64,000 nt of DNA from Eubacteriales bacterium (lineage in GTDB: Bacteria; Bacillota; Clostridia; Oscillospirales; CAG-272): the NCBI GenBank assembly GCA_045587385.1, contig JAZNCE010000120.1:45085-109084 (forward strand), given 5' to 3'. Shown piece after piece: positions 58,172-64,000 of this stretch. The notes under the pieces were generated by a model. The model made no database searches. It had not been told where the DNA came from and saw only the letters and a program-made list of their open reading frames with translations. Position 1 is the first letter of the stretch, and every line of letters starts with the position of its first letter. A program made the translations under genes and the position numbers.

Positions 58172-59867
58172 AGTAATCTGAATCCTTTTTCTTAGTGCCT
58201 CTGTATACGTAGTTGAGTCTGCCCAGAGGTGCGGCATCACCCTTATCGTAAAAGTCCTCAACGCTCGTCAGCTCCTCGGTGCTGTCCGCAACCTTGAACC
58301 AAACGGTAAAATCGTCCTGATCAAGACCAATGACTGCGCGAGGTGCGATAACCAGCAGCATATTGCCCTGGCAGCGATACACGATATCACCGAAATCAGC
58401 GGCGCGCAAGCCGTCCACAATGACACCAACCGTGCTGGTGTGATCATCTACGGGCTTGTTGTTCAGCACGTACTGATATTCCTTACCACCGTCGGTATTG
58501 AGGTAAATTCTCAACCATGTGCCCGTACCATCATACGGCTTGACTTCTTCCTTGGTCACGATGCCGAAATAGATGAAATCGTCATCATGGCTGACGGTCA
58601 CGCCGGTAATGGCATTGCGCTGGGTGTGATTTTCATATACGGTGCCATAGCCCTCTGCGTTTCTTGCAAAATCGCCGTCCGAGAAGTTGTGGTACTCTGC
58701 CCAGATCTCCTCTGCCTCGTCCTGCTCGGAATCGTTGTTGTAATCCACGGGAGAAAGCTCGGCAAAGCTGTCGTATTCGTCTACGCCCTTATACTTACGG
58801 ACGTAGTCAACCAGCTGCATGAAATAGTTATCAAAGTAGCCGCCGCGCATCATTTCCAAATCACGGCTGTACTCATAGTTGGCGCAGTCCACAAACATGA
58901 TAGGACGCTCGGGAATACCCTGCCATCTGCCCGCGATCCATTCGTTCCAGCCTGTGACAAGCACGATGGGCGGATCGGTTTCGATGGCGCGGTCAAACTG
59001 CTCGGCAAAATTGTAGCCGTGCAGATACGCATCGGGATCGGGATCGTTATGCATATCGTGGAAGCCTCTGCCGTTGTTATCGGTCTCACCGTACATGACG
59101 GAGTCGCCAAATCGCAGCTGAGGATGCTGGGCAACGGATACGTTGATAACCTCGTTCTCGCCCTTGAGATTTTCAAATACACGCTGCGGACGGGTAAAGT
59201 CCATCCAGGGCCAGCCACCCTGCTTATCGGGCTCGTTGGGCCACTGCGACATCTTGATATTAAAGAATTCTCTGCACTCGGGCGAGCACTCCTCTTCTAC
59301 CGCGATGATCACGGGCTTGCCTTCAAAGCAGAACCACGTGTCGGGGCAATACTTTGGCGCATAGATCTTGTCGTAGATCTCCTGCACGGTCTTGCCGGAA
59401 TGAGTGTTGGTATAGAACATCACCTTGGGGATCTTCCAGCCGTCCTTGGCGTATTCGTCCAGCACGCGCATGACGAGCTTGACGTTATGCTCATAAATGC
59501 AGGCGTTGGTAGTATCAAAGAACAAAAAGTCGATGTCTGCCTGAATCAGCAGCTTCATGTGACGGCGCACGACCCACTCGTCATCCGAATAGTAGTAGCC
59601 GTAAAAAGGCTCGCCCCAGTGATGATAAGTGCCGATCTTGCCCCAGTATTCCGCATCCACGTGCTCTCCAGCATCGGGGTGCTCCGCGGTGATCTTGGAA
59701 ATGTCGTAAGGCTTGTGTCTGCCGTGCTCACCCAGCCACAGGAAATAGAACATTCCCACAAGGCGTCCTTCTCTGCGTGCGGGGGCGTTTTCGCGGTCGG
59801 CTGTTTTTCTGCCCAGCGCGTCGATTGCCATCAAGGGACCATTGGCGTAGTTCTTATACTGTTCCAT
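58158..59867 (-). CDS. cytoplasmic putative glycoside hydrolase (family not assignable by eye)
   Basis: 569 aa with no signal peptide. Motifs FYFLWLGEHG, GYYYSDDEWVVRRHMKLLIQADIDFLFFDTTN and VTGWNEWIAG are typical of TIM-barrel glycosidase-like proteins. Confidence 0.45.
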   Translation of the reverse strand: MEQYKNYANGPLMAIDALGRKTADRENAPARREGRLVGMFYFLWLGEHGRHKPYDISKITAEHPDAGEHVDAEYWGKIGTYHHWGEPFYGYYYSDDEWVVRRHMKLLIQADIDFLFFDTTNACIYEHNVKLVMRVLDEYAKDGWKIPKVMFYTNTHSGKTVQEIYDKIYAPKYCPDTWFCFEGKPVIIAVEEECSPECREFFNIKMSQWPNEPDKQGGWPWMDFTRPQRVFENLKGENEVINVSVAQHPQLRFGDSVMYGETDNNGRGFHDMHNDPDPDAYLHGYNFAEQFDRAIETDPPIVLVTGWNEWIAGRWQGIPERPIMFVDCANYEYSRDLEMMRGGYFDNYFMQLVDYVRKYKGVDEYDSFAELSPVDYNNDSEQDEAEEIWAEYHNFSDGDFARNAEGYGTVYENHTQRNAITGVTVSHDDDFIYFGIVTKEEVKPYDGTGTWLRIYLNTDGGKEYQYVLNNKPVDDHTSTVGVIVDGLRAADFGDIVYRCQGNMLLVIAPRAVIGLDQDDFTVWFKVADSTEELTSVEDFYDKGDAAPLGRLNYVYRGTKKKDSDYYDQD

Positions 59868-59899
59868 GATAAAGCTCCTTTTCTCTGATTTGCAGTTGG

Positions 59900-60253
59900 T
59901 TATTCGACGTAAGAAGTTACGATAATGTCTGCACCCGTGCCAAGCAGGTTGGCAATGACAACGTCACCCTGCTTGACGGTAGCGGGGGCTACGCAAGCGT
60001 TGATCTCCTTCATGCAATCAAACAGCAGCTCCTTGGGAACTGCTTTATTGGACTTAACGGCAACCACCTCACCACTCTCGGTCATAACGGTGGTGGTCAG
60101 CGTTCTCGTAGGTGCGGTGCATTCCGCAACAGCATAGTCAGTGCCGCGCTTGCAGGCGTTACCCTTAACGCTCAGCACCTTTTTGTCCTCCAGCTCCACG
60201 GTCAGCGTGCAGCCGCGAGGACAAATGATACAAGTCATTTCTCTTTGTGCCAT
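59900..60253 (-). CDS. DUF1667-domain protein (third subunit of the GlpA-like FAD dehydrogenase trio)
   Basis: Start moved to the ATG at 60253 (GGAGGA upstream): MAQREMTCIICPRGCTLTVE...GNACKRG. Confidence 0.8.
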   Translation of the reverse strand: MAQREMTCIICPRGCTLTVELEDKKVLSVKGNACKRGTDYAVAECTAPTRTLTTTVMTESGEVVAVKSNKAVPKELLFDCMKEINACVAPATVKQGDVVIANLLGTGADIIVTSYVE

Positions 60254-60257
60254 GACT

Positions 60258-61502
60258 TTAATCCTCCAATCCGATCGTGATCGTGCCCTCTGCCAGCTCG
60301 GCAAGCACCTGGGCGGTCAGCTTGACCGTCTCCATCTCACCGGGGGCGAGCTTGATCTTCTTTTTATTCGAAATTATGCGGTCACCGCACTTGACAACGA
60401 CTCTCTTGTCGCGGAATACGTCGGCAACGCGGAAATATACTGTCGTATCCTGTGCGCTGGTGATCTTCTGCGGCACGGTGTAACGTACGCCGCCTACGGG
60501 CTGCAAGGTAATATCCACGCGCTCGCTTTGCTTATCTGCAAGATAGTCTGCAGCAGCGCAGCCTGCAATTTCAGCTTCCTCGGATACGTAGTCCACCAAG
60601 TCGTGCACGTGCAGCACGTTACCGCATGCAAACACACCGGGAATGGAGGTCTGTCTGCTCTGGTCGGTCACAGCACCGCCCGTGATTCTGTCCATGGTAA
60701 TGCCCGCGCCCTTGGTCAGTTCGTTCTCGGGAAGCAGACCGCAGGAAAGCAGCAGCGTATCGCACGCGATGTACTGCTCGGTCTCCTTGATGGGATTGCG
60801 GCGCTCGTCCACCTTGGCGATAGTCACGCCCGTGACTCTGTCCTTACCGTGGATCTGTACAACGGTGTGCGACAGCATCAGCGGAATACCGAAATCGTTC
60901 AGGCACTGCTCGATATTACGCGCCAAGCCGCCCGAATAAGGCATCAGCTCGCAAACAGCCTTGACCTTTGCGCCTTCGAGCGTCATGCGGCGCGCCATGA
61001 TCAGACCGATATCACCCGAACCGAGGATAACGACCTCTTTACCGGGCATATAGCCCTTGATATTGACATATTTCTGTGCAGTACCTGCGGTATAGATACC
61101 CGAGGGACGTGCACCTGCGATATTGAGCGCACCCTTGGGACGCTCGCGGCAGCCCATGGCAAGAATGATCGCCTCTGCCTGAATGTGCATAATACCGTCT
61201 GTGGGATTGACTGCGGTGATCACCTTGTCCTCGGTAATACCGGTTACCATGGTGCCCACCTTGTAAGGAATGCCCAGCTCCTTGACCTGCTCTGCATAGC
61301 GAGCGGCATACTCGGGGCCTGTCAGCTCCTCACCGAATTTATGAAGACCGAAGCCGTTATGAATGCACTGGCGCAGAATGCCGCCCAGATGTGCTTCGCG
61401 CTCCAAAATCAGCAGATCGGTCACGCCTGCCTTATATGCAGCAACTGCCGCGCTCATGCCTGCGGGGCCGCCGCCGACGATTACCAAAGATACCTTAGTC
61501 AT
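60258..61502 (-). CDS. NAD(P)/FAD-dependent pyridine nucleotide-disulfide-type oxidoreductase
   Basis: 414 aa with two Rossmann motifs (IVGGGPAGMSAA and VILGSGDIG). Confidence 0.8.
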   Translation of the reverse strand: MTKVSLVIVGGGPAGMSAAVAAYKAGVTDLLILEREAHLGGILRQCIHNGFGLHKFGEELTGPEYAARYAEQVKELGIPYKVGTMVTGITEDKVITAVNPTDGIMHIQAEAIILAMGCRERPKGALNIAGARPSGIYTAGTAQKYVNIKGYMPGKEVVILGSGDIGLIMARRMTLEGAKVKAVCELMPYSGGLARNIEQCLNDFGIPLMLSHTVVQIHGKDRVTGVTIAKVDERRNPIKETEQYIACDTLLLSCGLLPENELTKGAGITMDRITGGAVTDQSRQTSIPGVFACGNVLHVHDLVDYVSEEAEIAGCAAADYLADKQSERVDITLQPVGGVRYTVPQKITSAQDTTVYFRVADVFRDKRVVVKCGDRIISNKKKIKLAPGEMETVKLTAQVLAELAEGTITIGLED

Positions 61503-62943
61503 TGTGCTCCCCTCCCTTGGTTCTGCCGTAGTTAATGATAGATGCGCCGCCCGACTTGGTGACCTGCTCGTAAGGAATGCCCATCTCTCTGGACAGAATC
61601 TCTACGATGATGGAAGAACAGAAGCCGCCCTGGCATCTGCCCATGCCGCTTCTGGTACGGCGCTTGACGCCGTCCACGTCGCGCGCACCGGGATTGGTAC
61701 GGATGGCTGCCACGATCTCGCCCTCGCTGACACCCTCGCAGCGGCAGACCATGTTGCCGTATGCGGGGTTCTCTTTGATGACCTCGTTCTTCTGATCATC
61801 AGTCATTTTGTTGAACTTGATGGCTCCCTTGGTGCGTACGGGCGACCAATCGTCCTTTTTCTCAAGAGTCAATCCCTCGGCAGCAAGCAGCTCTGCGCAA
61901 TACTCTGCAAGTGCAGGTGCGCTGGTCAGACCGGGGCTTTCAATACCGCCAAAGGTGATAAAGCCGGGTGCGGATGCATGGATGATGAAGTCACCCGTGC
62001 TGCCAACAGCACGCAAGCCCGTAAAGCTGGTAATCACAGCGTTAAACGGAATGTTCTGCACGTATCTTGCACTCTGCGCGCGGATCGATGCAGTGCCTGC
62101 TGCGGTGGTGTCAAGGTCTTCCTTATCGGTCAGTTCCTCTGCGGTGGGACCAAGCATGACGTTGCCGCCCGTGGTGGCGGTCACAAGTATACCCTTACCC
62201 TTGGGGGTGGGAGTGGAAAACAGAGTAAAGTTGGTCAAGGAAGGCGTGAACGCCTTGTCCAGCACCATGTATTCACCGCGTCTGGGGTGAACGCTAAAGG
62301 AATCGTCACCTACCATAGCGGCGATCTTATCGGAATACAAGCCTGCGCAGTTGACAACGTACTTTGCGCGCACACTCTGCTCTCCTGCATACAGCACGTA
62401 AGCATCATCCTCGCGCTCAATGCGGTCAACCTCAAAATTGCGGATAAACTCAGCGCCGTTATCCATTGCATGTCCAAGACCTGCATCGCAAAGACCAAAG
62501 GGGCTGACGATGGCGCCCGTGGGTGCGTAGAGCGCGCAGGTTACCTCCTCGGTGACGTGGGGCTCAAGTGCTACCACGCCCTCGCGGTCCAGCAGCGCGA
62601 GATCGCGCACGCCGTTTTTGACACCGCGCTCGTAAAGGTCGCTAAGGGTTGCCTTGTCCTCATCGGTATATCCAAGTACCAGCGAACCGTTGCGCACGTA
62701 CTTGACACCGAGATCGCGACAAACCTGCTCCATCATTTCAGAGCCGCGCACGTTAAAGCGTGCCTTAAGCGTGCCGGGCTTTGCATCAAAGCCTGCGTGC
62801 ACAATGGCACTATTGGCACGGGATGCACCCGTGCAGACGTCGTTTGCGCGATCCACAACGCAAACGCTGAGCTTGTAAGCGGACAGCTCGCGTGCACACA
62901 GTGCACCGACCACACCCGCTCCGACGATACATACGTCAAACAT
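61495..62943 (-). CDS. FAD-dependent glycerol-3-phosphate-dehydrogenase-like oxidoreductase with a BFD-like [2Fe-2S] domain
   Basis: Start moved to the ATG at 62943 (GGAGGA upstream): MFDVCIVGAGVVGA. The C-terminus reads CRCEGVSEGEI...GRCQGGFC. Confidence 0.8.
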   Translation of the reverse strand: MFDVCIVGAGVVGALCARELSAYKLSVCVVDRANDVCTGASRANSAIVHAGFDAKPGTLKARFNVRGSEMMEQVCRDLGVKYVRNGSLVLGYTDEDKATLSDLYERGVKNGVRDLALLDREGVVALEPHVTEEVTCALYAPTGAIVSPFGLCDAGLGHAMDNGAEFIRNFEVDRIEREDDAYVLYAGEQSVRAKYVVNCAGLYSDKIAAMVGDDSFSVHPRRGEYMVLDKAFTPSLTNFTLFSTPTPKGKGILVTATTGGNVMLGPTAEELTDKEDLDTTAAGTASIRAQSARYVQNIPFNAVITSFTGLRAVGSTGDFIIHASAPGFITFGGIESPGLTSAPALAEYCAELLAAEGLTLEKKDDWSPVRTKGAIKFNKMTDDQKNEVIKENPAYGNMVCRCEGVSEGEIVAAIRTNPGARDVDGVKRRTRSGMGRCQGGFCSSIIVEILSREMGIPYEQVTKSGGASIINYGRTKGGEHND

Positions 62944-62993
62944 AAAAATCCTCCGTTTTCCATAGTATGGCATTATATTTTTATTCAGAATAT

Positions 62994-63022
62994 ATTATAT
63001 CACCAATCCCCTTTTCCGTCAA
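62994..63022 (-). promoter_or_regulatory. sigma-70 promoter (TTGACG-17-TATAAT) for the long minus-strand operon
   Basis: On the minus strand, -35 is at 63022-63017, the spacer is 17 nt, and -10 is at 62999-62994. Confidence 0.6.
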
Positions 63023-63040
63023 GAAAATTCCGCATTTTTC

Positions 63041-63069
63041 TTGACAATTTTTCATGGGTATGTTAGACT
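63041..63069 (+). promoter_or_regulatory. sigma-70-like promoter (TTGACA-17-TAGACT) for the right-edge gene
   Basis: -35 at 63041-63046, 17-nt spacer, and a weaker -10 at 63064-63069. Confidence 0.45.
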
Positions 63070-63103
63070 AAAATCAAACAAAACATACAAACCGGAGGTA
63101 ATT

Positions 63104-64000
63104 ATGTCAAAGCATTTCAAATTGAGTTTGCCCGATGCGGGCAAGGACGTTTACATGCCCCGCAAGACCCAGACCTGGGGATACCGCTACGGTCCCTCCA
63201 TCATGGTCGAGGGCGACGTTTGCCGCGCGTGGTTCGCCTCTCCCGGTGACTGCTTTGAGGCGGACTGGTTTACCTACAGAGAGTCTTATGACAAGGGTGA
63301 GACCTGGACGCGCGAGCGCGTTGTGCTGACACCCACACCCGACTCTATGGACTGGTTTTCGGTTTGCGATCCTGCCGTGTTCAAGTACGGTAAATACTAC
63401 TACATCGGCTACACCTCCACCATTTTTGCCGACGGCGGCGGTGTTTGCAACAACGGCTTCGTGGCACGCTCCGAGCATCCCGACGGCCCCTTCTTTAAGT
63501 GGACGGGAAAGGGCTGGGGCGAATACCGCGACGGCTGCGCATGGATGGGCAGTCCTGCGCCTATCATCTACTACGACGAGGATTGGAAGCACTGGGGTGC
63601 GGGAGAATTCTCTTTCGTGGTCAAGGATGACGTGCTGTATATCTATTATACCTGGACCTCCAAAAAGATCGACGGCAAGACCTATTCGCAGACCCGCGTA
63701 GCAACTGCGGATATCACGCGCGAGGATTGGCCCGCGACCATCGTGCAGCACGGCGTAGCAGCAGTGCGCAACTCCACGGGCAACGACTCTTATGACGTGG
63801 TCTACTGCGAGGAGCTTGACAAGTTTATTGCCCTTTCCACCGATAAGCGTTTTTCTGCGGACAGCTTTTTGTCGGTTTCCGAGTCGGACGACGGCTTGCG
63901 TTTTACCAGAGTCAACGACATCCGCACCAACACCTGCTTTATGCTGCACAACTGCGGCATTTCGGGCGACGCGCAGCACCATATCAAACAGAGCGATACC
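63104..64000 (+). CDS. beta-propeller glycoside-hydrolase-like protein (GH43-superfamily-like), 5' part; continues past the right edge
   Basis: Absent from the track because it has no stop in the window. The ATG at 63104 has GGAGG at 63094-63098, and the frame stays open for 299 codons to the edge: MSKHFKLSLPDAGKDVYMPRKTQTWGYRYGPSIMVEGDVCRAWFASPG...WFSVCDPAVFKYGKYYYIGYTS. I prefer it over the antisense track ORF 63107-63982. Confidence 0.6.
   Translation, partial: MSKHFKLSLPDAGKDVYMPRKTQTWGYRYGPSIMVEGDVCRAWFASPGDCFEADWFTYRESYDKGETWTRERVVLTPTPDSMDWFSVCDPAVFKYGKYYYIGYTSTIFADGGGVCNNGFVARSEHPDGPFFKWTGKGWGEYRDGCAWMGSPAPIIYYDEDWKHWGAGEFSFVVKDDVLYIYYTWTSKKIDGKTYSQTRVATADITREDWPATIVQHGVAAVRNSTGNDSYDVVYCEELDKFIALSTDKRFSADSFLSVSESDDGLRFTRVNDIRTNTCFMLHNCGISGDAQHHIKQSDT

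Noticed and set aside
55668-63066. Chain of plus-strand ORFs (473, 482, 464 and 567 aa) opposite the long minus-strand operon
   Set aside because: All are codon-aligned with the minus-strand genes, lack RBS motifs and encode Arg/Gly/His/Val-rich sequences. The minus-strand genes carry Rossmann, P-loop, CxCC and lipobox motifs.
63107-63982. 291-aa minus-strand track ORF at the right edge
   Set aside because: The plus strand carries an ATG at 63104 with GGAGG 5 nt upstream and stays open for 299 codons to the window edge with a propeller-glycosidase-like sequence. The minus ORF is its aligned shadow.

Overview
This 64-kb window looks like chromosome from a Gram-positive, Clostridia-like anaerobe. 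Supporting signs are GGAGG Shine-Dalgarno sites, many lipobox signal peptides, hisZ with a short hisG, cdaA-cdaR, and recJ-relA. The backbone is housekeeping and sugar catabolism: relA (partial), recJ, cdaA-cdaR, pncB/nadE, rhaA, mntP, a complete hisZGDCBHAF-IE operon, trkAH, a glucuronate/KDG operon (uxaC-uxuA-SDR-eda-kdgK), asnS and a glpA-like FAD-dehydrogenase trio. Several accessory pieces sit between these. (1) Three paralogous ECF-like sigma / membrane anti-sigma pairs, each with an ATGA start/stop overlap. Two of the anti-sigmas carry BspA-type leucine-rich-repeat ectodomains, and those two pairs flank an operon of three tandem paralogous 2-TM proteins plus a GH29 fucosidase. (2) A tandem pair of COG0523/G3E GTPases embedded between glycosidase-like genes. 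One has a roughly 98-residue His/Cys-rich triple repeat with four CxCGC motifs. The other lacks the CxCC motif and ends in a TCC-containing domain. (3) AT-rich islets encoding lipoproteins, a 57-aa zinc ribbon missed by the ORF track, and a small ORF broken by one base in a homopolymer. (4) Two divergent, overlapping promoters that share a perfect 14-bp palindrome between the glucuronate operon and an oxidoreductase/TIM-barrel operon. I saw no rRNA, tRNA, CRISPR array, transposase or integrase. Nearly every strongly biased gene casts a long codon-aligned antisense ORF, and I treat these as artefacts. All functional calls come from reading motifs by eye. No database search was possible.
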